NCBI GenBank assembly: GCA_002269645.1
Contig: NIVC01000038.1
Location: 186,001 to 250,000, forward strand
Length of the DNA: 64,000 nucleotides
Reading direction: 5' to 3'
From: Macrostomum lignano
Lineage: Eukaryota
Part shown: positions 1 to 10,900 of the stretch, in pieces
Layout of the letters: the number at the start of each line of letters is the position of its first letter
How positions within the stretch are numbered: position 1 is the first letter of the stretch
Made by a program: the position numbers and the translations under genes
The notes under the pieces: model-generated
Database searches by the model: none
Seen by the model: the letters and a program-made list of their open reading frames with translations, nothing else
Told to the model about the DNA's origin: nothing

Positions 1-125
1 ATGGGGCCTCATCATTAGAGATATTCTAACAGTAGCTATGGCCTAATTATATCCACTAAAGCGATTTTTCGCATCTATATGTCACAATTTACTTTGCTAA
101 AATCTACAACTTTTTGACAGATAAC

Positions 126-382
<257 letters not shown>

Positions 383-416
383 CTAATTACTAACAAATAA
401 TACATTGAATTTACAG

Positions 417-742
417 GAAATCTCTACCGTCGAAAGGTACGAAATGGCTCCATACGATGTGATCAGCGATGCGGAGACAAAGCCAGATGAAGTCCCGCCT
501 GAGCAGGTTTGCTACTCGCAATCTGTTTGCCTACCAGAAAGAGTTGCGCTGAGCAAACTGTGAGCAGCAATTCCTGCTTCAACCCGCTGTAGGAAGTCGA
601 AACTGCGGGCGGCTCCAATCGGTTCAACAGCGAGCTGTCATCAGCCTACGATGTGATCCCGGACCTGACGGCGAGCCAGAAGCAGCAGAACCAGAGAGCT
701 GCTCAGCAAGTCAAGAGCAATCAAAAAGAGGAGTGCCGCTGA
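417..742 (+). CDS. Gene 1, last two coding exons (cytoplasmic tail) of a Crumbs-like EGF/LamG receptor paralog
   Basis: Exons 417-506 (EISTVERYEMAPYDVISDAETKPDEVPPEQ) and 593-742 (EVETAGGSNRFNSELSSAYDVIPDL...KEECR*), AG/GT bounded and near-identical to the terminal exons of genes 2, 3 and 4. Confidence 0.82.
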
Positions 743-1140
743 CTGCTGACTGCTGACTGCTGCCTGCTGACTGCTCACTGCTGACTGCTGACTGCTGACT
801 GCTGACTGCTGACTGCTGACTGCTGACTTCTGACTGCTGACTGCTGACTGCTGACTGCTGACTGCTGACTGCTGACTGCTGACTGCTGACTGCTGACTGC
901 TGACTGCTGACTTCTGACTGCTGACTGCTGACTGGTGACTGCTGACTGCTGACTGCTGACTGCTGACTGCTGACTGCTGACTGCTGACTGCTGCCTGCTG
1001 ACTGCTGCCTGCTGACTGCTGACTGCTGACTGCTGACTGCTGACTGCTGACTGCTGCCTGCTGACTGCTGACTGCTGACTGCTGACTGCTGACTGCTGAC
1101 TGCTGACTGCTGACTGCTGACTGCTGACTGCTGACCGCTG
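740..1140. repeat. 7-bp (TGCTGAC)n repeat starting at the gene 1 stop codon
   Basis: About 57 units; homologous shorter array at 21743-21945 after gene 2. Confidence 0.95.
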
Positions 1141-1839
1141 AGCTGCTGAAGGTCAGCTGCCAAGTGTGGTGTTGCTGCGGCATGATTGTTTTATGATTGC
1201 AACCAGTTAACTTTTCACCGTTTCATTTCCTGTGGCTTCATGCTTTTTTCAAATAATGCTTTTTTGATCTAACACTAACAATTACTACGGTATCTAGAAA
1301 AACTTTTGTTTAACTTCATTCCCAGCCAGTTTACGTTACTGATATTGTACATGTAGCTCGTAGTGGCCTCTTGTGGCCTCAATAGATTATCTGCGATCCA
1401 ATTAAAATAATTTAATCGCACTGTTTATTTACCTGGTAATAAATCTTTGCACAATGTTCATTTTGAATTTGTTAAATTTCTTTTGTTAATTTGCGTCATT
1501 TCATCACTGTCTTGGGGACGCTGTTTTGGGAGCGCCATCGTTGGGCGCCAAAGTACGATCATAGTTGGTGGGGGAACTGCTAAACTTGGGAACCTGCTGC
1601 GAAAAAGACGCAAAATCTGCAGTGAATTGGGCACCATAGCTAGATCCGGCAGGTTATGGGGATTCAGTCTTCAAAGCACTCACTGGCTACTGGCTAGCCA
1701 ATAAATGGTTGGTGTGCTTTATTCTTTCAACAATAACAAATAATAATTCTTGCGGGCCCTGTTGCGGCGCAGTGACGCAGATTGTAGCTCTATTCCGTCA
1801 TCGAGGAGTCGCGGATACGACAGTCCATCCTGATAGTTA

Positions 1840-2400
1840 CCTCCATAGATTTCAAGAAGGCATTCGACTCGGTCGTCTGATCCCAAAGGTGCGAGAGCAG
1901 CTTGGCACCGCCCTCGTGGCAATGTACCCGGATAAAAAAGCTGCTGGTTCAACACCAAACGGCCTATCGGACTTTTTTGAGACATCCTCTGAAGTTGCCG
2001 TTCCTGTTTGTGCTGGTGCTTGAACGAGTGCTGTGGATTGTTCCTCGGCAAGTCGTGCAGTCCAGGCGGTGGTCGAGACCGTCCTGCTGTACGACCGTCC
2101 GTCCCAGCACGCTGGCCTGCTGCGCACCACCTTTAAGATCAGCGAGTTTTTAACGCGGCAATGCAACGCCGCGTGACGGCCTGGTCCGTCAAAGCGACCT
2201 GTGGTCCAAGCGACCTGTTGCGCCGTCGGCCTACAGCCTACAGCCGGTGCAAGAGTTGCCGCTGCTGGTGCTGCAGTCTACCTACCGGCAAGAGGACATC
2301 GCGCTCTCGGCGTTCCGCGCTCTCGGCGTTCCGTCGACTGTCTGTTGGCTGACGGCCCCCCTTATTTGGTCGGTGGCGCAGCTTTTGTTTGCGACCTGGT
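1840..2400 (+). mobile_element. Heavily deleted RTE-type non-LTR retrotransposon relic
   Basis: SIDFKKAFDSV (RT motif) at ~1841-1873, AVVETVLLY, and a C-terminal RRL...QPVQELPLLVLQ...VDCLLADG-like segment, broken by deletions and frameshifts. Confidence 0.7.
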
Positions 2401-3654
2401 CCAGAAGTGTGCTATGTGACGTTCCTTTTCTAAAGACTGCTTTGTTGTTGTTGTACAAGCAAGTGCTTTTTGATACTTCCTAATTAGAAGCAGTTAAATG
2501 TATGCTTTAGACATTCAAAGTTTTGTTTTACTGTTTGTTTCAATTACAGTGTTACATCGTTTCCGGATTCCGCTCATTTTCGTCCCGTAGCTACCCTTCA
2601 GCACGATCTTTTCCAGGTCTCTAATGCGATTAAAAGGCCTGATATAGTTGTTATTATAGTTTTAACGGCAATTGTTTTGAGGATGGGCGTTGGGTTCATT
2701 AAATGAATATGAAGGCAAACTTCCTCTCAAATGGGTAGCATGTAAATTGCATGGCTTAAGCGAATTAATACAAGCATTCAAGCAAAAATCATCTAATCTC
2801 TGTCTGTGCTTAGCAAATATTTCTGTTCTAAAAATAGCATAATTGACACAGAATTGTTTTTTTCAGTTCAAAACAGGAAGGCTCGGTGTCTAAGACTTAG
2901 TATATAAACACATACAGTCGCATGCTTCTCTATGCATGCTTTCTGTATGTCTCTCACTGCTGCATTGCAGAATAATAAGGCCATTATATTTACGAAATGG
3001 AAGCTTTAAAGAGAAAAATATTTTCTGACAAGCATTGCAGAAACGCTTATTACTTATCCTGTTTTTCGCAGATGTTTTGTTTAAATATGAGTTCTTTACA
3101 GTTTTTACGCATCCATTTCTAGTAAATATCGCATCAGGCTAGCTTTAAAATTTATGCCAAGATAAAACTATTGCTAATAAGTTTATTAGTCATTAAATCG
3201 TTATAGATAATTGGCGTCGTCTTTAACGAGAAGCCGACGGATACGCTGCAGTGTCAATTTGATTGATTGATTGTATTTAGTGCTGTGTATTTATTTGAAA
3301 ATGTGAAACTACGAGTATACTAACACAACAGAAACAGCATTGGAATAGATCATGTAAATTTGGAGGAGGGAGGGGAAGGCAAGTAAGAAGGCAATATCAA
3401 CGGAACCCCCCTTTTTTCAGGCAATCTCGATTTGGCTTTTAAAATAGAAAAACATGGGCAGCGTTGAATGGGGCCTTGGTCGGCGAATGCTGTGCAGCAG
3501 GGCCGTCACCTGCCCTGCCCTGACAACGAAATGGCGCCTGTCCCTGCCTGTCTCCTCTATCAGGATGCTGATCGCTTTGCGCAGAAACGCCACAAAGGTC
3601 TTGATGCCTCCGTACTGGCGATAGATGATCCACGATTCACGACCAGAAGCAGCA

Positions 3655-3875
3655 TGGGATAGGTTGGGGGATTGGTTGGGGATGGATTGGGGATGGGTTT
3701 GGATGGGTTGTGGGATGGGTTGGGGGATAGGTTGGGGGATGGGTTGGGGATGGGTTGGGGATGGGTTGGGGGATGTGTTAGGGATGGGTTAGGGATGGGT
3801 TGGGGGATGGGTTGGGGATGGGTTGGGGGATGGGTTGGGGATGGGTTAGGGATGGGTTGGGGGATGGGTTGGGGA
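3655..3875. repeat. G-rich (GGTTGGGGAT)-like low-complexity repeat inside a dispersed repeat
   Basis: Imperfect 10-12 bp G-run units; same context at 28138-28560 and 57820-58240. Confidence 0.85.
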
Positions 3876-4019
3876 ACGCAGCCGTACGATCGAGGATTTT
3901 CTATTAATCGCGTCATGTGGGGGCGCCATCGTGGGGCGCCACTCCAGTCCATTCCAGAGGAGCTCTTACGCAATATCCTGGTTACGCACCAGTTATGTAT
4001 TTTGATTGTTTTAGTCGGG

Positions 4020-4640
4020 AATCAAAGCTGGAACGCAGACCAATCTGCAACGCGTGAATAAGCAAAGTTTAGAGCATAGTCTCAACCCTCTACCCTGAAA
4101 CAGCCAGTGCATCAAATGCTGTTTCGAGTCTCCGCAGACTATAGCTGCTCAGGCACACAGTTTTGCAACCATTTCATTTCATGCTTAATTCTTCTGCTCA
4201 GACTTAGTGAAAAACAATAACAGAGTAGAAATTAGCAGTCTGATTAACAGCTCTCAGTGCACACGAAGTTATCCAGTTTCTGTCTTCTTAATAATTAAAG
4301 CATAAGTTGGATAACTGTGTCGCAGACAGCAATGTAAATGCATGGCTATTTATTTACTATAAATAGCAGCATCAGCATCTGCGATGCTGTGCTTTGCATT
4401 TTACCTCTCTATTGTTCTACACAACCAGTTCGAGCTGTGCACTGCAAAACCTCTGGTTATATATTATATATCGCGTTGAGCGCTGTAATAGAAGCAGTCT
4501 ACCGTTACAAAATATCTGCATACAGACTATAAGTGCTTCATCGCGAACCATATCGAACTATTTACAGATTTTCAGGAATTCACGTTTCTGTGTGTAAGTT
4601 TCATATGTACTTCTAAAAAATGCTTGCATTGCTCAGCGCA
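4020..4640. repeat. Conserved intergenic block present in all four long spacers
   Basis: Homologous copies at ~28560-29140, ~46090-46800 and ~58380-59050, sharing GATAACTGT..GCAGACAGCA and (C/T)TATAAATAG motifs. Confidence 0.7.
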
Positions 4641-4699
4641 CCCTATGGCTGCATAGTGTTGAGAGCATGGCTCTCGTTAAAGTTGTTGCTCCAGCTCAT

Positions 4700-5820
4700 C
4701 GCCGCTTCACTACCTGCCTGTCCGCAGTCTACAGCCGCCCCAGGTCACTCCATCGCTCTCTCTCTCTCTCTCTCTGTGCAGCTGCCGGTGAGTTCCTGAA
4801 CTAATTAGTATTCTAATTGCCTTTGCTTATCCGGGGTTTGCTTATTTCCCATTGCTTGACTAGAGAACTGAGCCATTTGTTTACCGTACTTTGCAGTATT
4901 TTACTTAATAGAGAAGCCGCCTAATTGCCTGATTATTTCGCCTAAGGGCCTAATTATTAACGACTACTAAACTCCTCCTTTTTCACACCTTCGCCATCAA
5001 TTCACTCATGGCTTGCTGAGCCTTTCTCCTTGGGTGGCAAAGCATAAGGAAGTTTGGGTAAGCTAATGGCCCTCCCCCGTGCAAAGCCCGCCTGTGTGTG
5101 CGTGCTGCGGGTCCGTGTGTGCGTGCAGTAGAGGGAATTAGCGAGTTTTGGCACAAAATGGCATTAGGAAGGTTGCAACACCCTGCTTATGCGTCCCTTC
5201 GCCCTGAGCAATCTAAACTATAGCTAGTACATGTTCACCTCACACTACTCTTAGTAATTGAAGCCGCAAGTCCGCCTCATTCACAGCCACAAAGGATCCC
5301 CTGCTGAGAAATCCTCCAGATTGAGCCCAGAGTTCCCGATCATGCCCCAAGCAGAGTCCCTGTACTCGGCTGCATGTGTCTCCCCTGTTAGCCTAAATCC
5401 CCTGGTAACCAATACAGGCGGGGCTCTAGCCTCGAAAGGTCTGGTCGTAAGATCCAGGTGCGCCAGGTCACATAGAGTGGTGGCAGCCATTCGGTCACAC
5501 TGTGACCGAGTGACCAATTATTGCACCTTGGCTACAGGTGGGGTCCATGTGGGTCCTTGGCCCTCTGTTGACGAAAGCGCTACCAAAGCTATCAATCATG
5601 TGGGCAGGACAGTCTGGTGCTGGAGGTCCGTCAGGTCATTGCCCGGTCATAGGCAGCCTACGGTCATTGCCCCCTATGGTCATACGCTCTCCTACCCGCG
5701 GAGCAGACGGTCATCAAGAGCGGTTGCATCAAGAGGATGTCGACGGTGTGCCGCAAAAGTACCTATTTCCCGAAAGTCGGATTGCTGTGTAGGGAACCGT
5801 ATCACTTTCGCAAATTGAAC
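4700..5820. repeat. Unclassified repeat block, possibly a degenerate retroelement
   Basis: Second copy at ~30545-31640. A weak pol-linker-like minus-strand peptide (RELW.QSGG.LSRGSFVAVNEADLR.QLL) is the only class hint. Confidence 0.35.
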
Positions 5821-5845
5821 TGTCTCCAACTATAAAAATCAAAAC

Positions 5846-5880
<35 letters not shown>

Positions 5881-6240
5881 GTGTGTACAATTTTGATCGC
5901 TATGGACTCCCAAACTGCTCAACGAAATTCCACCAAATTTTGCACCCACCCTAAACTCACTAAGGAAAATATCTTAGGCTACCTTAAAATTTCCTAAATC
6001 CATGTCTTCCTACCTAAAAGTGCTAAAAAACTGCTCAAAATGCGCGATTTTTTCGCTAACTCCTCGATAGCGCCGCTCCACTGTTACCAATCGTCTTCAA
6101 ATTTGACACAAACAATCTTCAACTATTTTGACAGAATCGTGTCTCAGATAATTTCGAGTCTCAGAGTTAATCCTGAACAGCACTGTGCACTTTTAAAGTT
6201 AGGCTGATTTTTCAGCTTTTTCAGCTCTATCTAAGTGTAA
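5790..6240. mobile_element. Possible DINE-1/Helentron-like non-autonomous element
   Basis: (CTGT)n microsatellite followed by a ctcaacgaaattccaccaaattttgcac-type segment; shorter copy at 31620-31870. Confidence 0.3.
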
Positions 6241-6411
6241 AGATTCTACTCTGTAACTCAATCAGAACAGAAGCTGTAAGCATGTGAAGCTTGTCTGCTT
6301 TTTTGTTGTTTGTGCCACTCACTCACTCATTCCCCCAGAGCCAGACAAGGGTCAGGCGATAGAGGTGAATTTACATGGCAATGTACAGTGTTTTGGAATA
6401 GCTTTATTTAC

Positions 6412-6535
6412 ACCAGGGGCTTTAGCACCAGGGGCTTTAGCACCAGGGGCTTTAGCACCAGGGGCTTTAGCACCAGGGGCGCCAGCACCAGGGGCTTTAG
6501 CACCAGGGGCGCCAGCACCAGGGGCGCCAGCACCC
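6412..6535. repeat. 15-bp minisatellite CACCAGGGGCGCCAG / CACCAGGGGCTTTAG, short allele
   Basis: About 8 units; the homologous array at 32058-33290 is about ten times longer. Confidence 0.93.
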
Positions 6536-7164
6536 AGCAGTTTATTGAACTGTGAGACAGAAGCCCGTAGAGGCCTTCCTTTTTAGCGCTTTCACAAAAC
6601 CAACATTTCACAACAAATAAAATATTTTTTGCAGTTTAACGGCGAATTCTTTCGTCGTTAATGGAAGTTAAACTTTTCATTAACAATGCCCAACACTGAC
6701 TCACTGGTTAGTGAAGTTTAGGCAATGTGAAATTTAGGTACTATGAAATTTGTGTAAGGAAGTTTAGGTCTTATAAAGTTTGGGCATAATAAAAGTGAAT
6801 TCTTGAAATAGGCAATGTAAAACCTGAAACGAACTGTTCACTGTATCATTATGCATTAGCTTTTGCTTATCAAAAGCAGTGAAGCTCTACTGAATTGACG
6901 TTTTCGATTTTTTTTTATTTTCAGGGTCAACTGCCGTGCTGCTGCAAGTCCAGGCGACCGAGTTCCCAAGTGGAATATTTTTAGTTTCTAAAATTAAAAT
7001 CCAGCCTTTTTCTTAACTAAAAATCTTTACATTTGTAAAGGTCTTACCTGACTACTCAAAATCTCTATAAGTAGTAGCCTCAGTTCAAAATTGTCTAAAA
7101 ACGATGATCGACCTTAAAATTGGAAAATGACAGTTCAAAACAGCCGGGCCGGTCTTAAATAGCG

Positions 7165-7668
7165 AAATTCAATGCTTTTTCAGTGTGCATTTTTCAGTAG
7201 TCACAAAAAAATTCAATGCTTTTTCAGTGTGCATTTTTCAGTAGTCACAAAATAATTCAATGCTTTTTCAGTGTGCATTTTTCAGTAGTCACAAAATAAT
7301 TCAATGCTTTTTCAGTGTGCATTTTTTCAGTAGTCACAAAATAATTCAATGCATTTTCAGTGTGCATTTTTCAGTAGTCACAAAATAATTCAATGCTTTT
7401 TCAGTGTGCATTTTTCAGTAGTCACAAAATAATTCAATGCTTTTTCAGTGTGCATTTTTCAGTAGTCACAAAATAATTCAATGCTTTTTCAGTGTGCATT
7501 TTTCAGTAGTCACAAAATAATTCAATGCTTTTTCAGTGTGCATTTTTCAGTAGTCACAAAATAATTCAATGCTTTTTCAGTGTGCATTTTTCAGTAGTCA
7601 CAAAATAATTCAATGCTTTTTCAGTGTGCATTTTTCAGTAGTCACAAAATAATTCAATGCTTTTTAGC
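7165..7668. repeat. 44-bp minisatellite upstream of gene 2 coding exon 1
   Basis: Unit TTCAATGCTTTTTCAGTGTGCATTTTTCAGTAGTCACAAAATAA, period 44 (e.g. 7521 to 7565), about 11 units; ~1.3 units at 33382-33440. Confidence 0.95.
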
Positions 7669-7940
7669 ATCGAAAAAGTTGTATTTTGCCTGAGCCCCAG
7701 CCAGCTGCTTGAGATAAAAATATACCTGCGACTGATTGTAATCACTTTTATTTTTTATTAACTAGTATGGCAAATATGATTCTTATTTCAATATTCATTA
7801 TCTCATAAGTAGAATATTAAGCACAGCTATACTAATTTCTTCTATTTCAATTGATTCAAATTTGCTTCAATTTGATTTTCAGCTTCTCAAAGTTGTGCGA
7901 GTTTCAAACAAGATAAGCCTCGGCTCTGAGCTCGTCCGGA

Positions 7941-10900
7941 ATGTCGTCCGAAATTCGACTGCCGACATTAATTCTAGTTCTGACGCTGGCTTGGCATCGA
8001 GCTTCGTGTGCTTCAGTTTCAGAAGACTTATCCGCAGGTGAGTTGGGGTTTTAAGGTAGCTTAAATGACTGTTAATAAGTTTTCCACTGCTTTTTAATAT
8101 GAAGGTTCTGACGAGGACGCCAACGAATTGGCGCGGACGAGGCGAGCCGCCTGCAGCGAGGGCGACTGCAAGAATGGCGGCATTTGCTGGCCGGGTGCTG
8201 TGACGTCAAGCACTCCTCCGTGTCTGTGCACTGAGGCGTACACTGGTAAATATTGCACCAATAGAATAAACTTCTGTGCTACATACTCAGGCAGTCCCTG
8301 CCAAAACGGAGGCACCTGCAGCAACACAGACGCGAGCCCCTGGTATCACTGCAGCTGCGTTCCCGGCTACACAGGTGCGTGACCCTTGCTGCAAATCAAA
8401 ATTTGAGCGAGGCGTTATGAAATTTAGGCGATATGAAATTTAGGCGATGTGAAGGAGCGTGCAGAAATTTTAGGCGTTGTGAAATTTAGGCGATGTGAAA
8501 TTAAGGCGTTGTGAAGGAGGCTGCATTTTCGATTTTAGGCGTTGTGAAATTTAGGCGTTATGAAATTTAGGTGATGTGAAGTCATGTGCTTTAGGCGTTG
8601 TGAAATTTAGGTCTTATGAAGCGCCCCCGTCCCGGGAAGCGGGTAATAGGGGGAAGGGAAGTGTTGAACACTTCTAACTGTACAAGCTTCGCAGGAGAGG
8701 GAAGGCGGAGCGCTTTAAATGACTAAGACTAGTCTATTTTTAGAACAATGTTCGGTTACAACCGCAAAGCAGGCCTTAATTATAGCCAGGCTGGCGGAGG
8801 AAAAAGTTATTCTCCTTCTCGATTTATTCTCTTGCTTATATATAAAACATAATCAATATGGCGTACGCGTTTAAACTAATAAAAACACTAGATTATACTG
8901 TAGGCTACTAATCGATACTAAGATTTACTATTAACGGTATAAAAGATTTATTTATGCAGGCACAGAGATGTTTTTAGCGATTTTGAGAAATAGTCGTATT
9001 TACTAAGGCGGTATACGTAAAATGATAGGCAAAAATAGTGACTCTTACAATCTCCAAAATCCCATCTTTGATCTCACAGATCCAATCCATCATTTCAAAG
9101 ATCCCATCCATTACCTCACAGATCCCATCCATTTTCTTACAGATCCCAGCCATCATCTCACAGAACCCATCCATCATCTCACAGATCCCATCCATCATCT
9201 CACAGAACGCATCCATCATCTCACAGATCCCATCTATCATCTCACAGATCTTATCCATCACCATCATCTCACAGATCACATCCATCATCTCACAGATTCC
9301 ATCCATCATCTCACAGAACCCATCCATCATCTCACAGATCTCATCTATCATGCCGCAGAACCCATCCATCGTCTCACAGATCCCATCCATCATCTCACAG
9401 AAAATATCCATCATCTCACAGATCCCATGCATTATCTCACAGAACCCATCCACAACCTCACAGAACCCATCCATCACCATACAGAACCCATCATTCATCT
9501 TACAGAGCCCATCCATCATCTCACAGATCCTAACCATCATCTCACAGATCTCATCCGTTACAGATCCCAACCATCATCTCACAGATTCCACCCATTATCT
9601 CACAGATCCCATCCATCATCTCACAGAACCCATCCATAATCTCACAGAACCCATCCATCATCTCACAGATCCCATCCATCATCTCACAGATCCCATCCAT
9701 CATCTCACAGATCCCATCCATCATCTCACAGATCTCATCCATCATCTCACAGATCCCATCCGTCATCTCGCAGATCCCTTTCATCATCTCACAGATCCCA
9801 TTCATCATCTCACAGATCCCATCCACCATCTCACAGATCCCATCCATCATCTCACAGATCCCATCCACCATCTCACAGCCCCTTCAAAACAGATGAGTTA
9901 TTTTCATTTTCCCTCCTCGTCATCTACATTGGTTTAAAAGTACATTTCGGCAAAGCTACGCGTAAAGCAATTCTCCGCATTGTAAAAATAAGAATTGTCA
10001 ACTGGTCAGTTGGTGTCAGGACACACGCCAGTCAGGACGGCATTCACGTAGAAATGCCTCAGCTGAGGTCTCTGATTATTTTTCTTTCCTTTCGATTTTG
10101 CAATCTGCTGCAGGCACCGACTGCAAGATCAACATTGATGACTGCGCCAGCAAGCCCTGTGCCAACGGCCTGTGCTCAGACTTGGTGAATGACTACAGCT
10201 GCAGCTGCTTCACAGGCTGGGAGGGCAGGAACTGCAACATCAACCACAACGACTGTCCGACGGGCGCCTGCCTCAATGGCGGCAGGTGCATTGATGGCAA
10301 CGGCACGTGAGTTCTTCTTGACTTGACTCAGCTGCTCAGACTTCACAGATTGGATACTGGGGGTTCGGTGCTTGAGGATGGGTTGTGGTTGGGTGCTTAA
10401 AGATGGATTGTGGTTGGGATGGTGCTTTGTTTCGCTATATACGAGTGTAGTCAATGATCGACATGACAAGTTCGAGTCTCGAGTGTTTGTACCGTGCTTA
10501 TAAGAATATTTATTTGCGTTTTTTAGTTTTCCGCCATGTTTTTGATTTTCTTTATTATTTACTTGTAAGCATCTTGAACTGACCATGCAAAATATGGTAT
10601 TGAGCCTAAATAAATGATTATCTGTTACGGGTGAAAGCATAGGGAAGCCTAATCTCCTCAGAAACTGCTGAAAGTTTTCTTAGTACTTGGAGCATATTAA
10701 GCGAAAAATTACTTGAACATGTTCCTCAAACAATTCTGATAGTCCTGCCTGAAAATTTGAGAGCAAAACACATACAGGAGACACGTATTGATTTACCCAA
10801 TGCTGGTCACATCTTCCGATGGGATTCTTCTTAGTCCGATTACAAATTCAAAACAAACACATTCTGGTAAAATGTCAATAAAAAGCAGTCTTGGCTCTCG

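Noticed and set aside
3468-3875. Short ORF MGPWSANAV... and telomere-like reading of the G-rich repeats
   Set aside because: The frame is not kept in the third copy near 57600, and the G-rich units are irregular 10-12-mers, not TTAGGG arrays.
5258-5818. 186-aa ORF or structured RNA gene
   Set aside because: The frame is not preserved in the duplicate at ~31100-31640 and I recognise no RNA family; kept only as an unclassified repeat.
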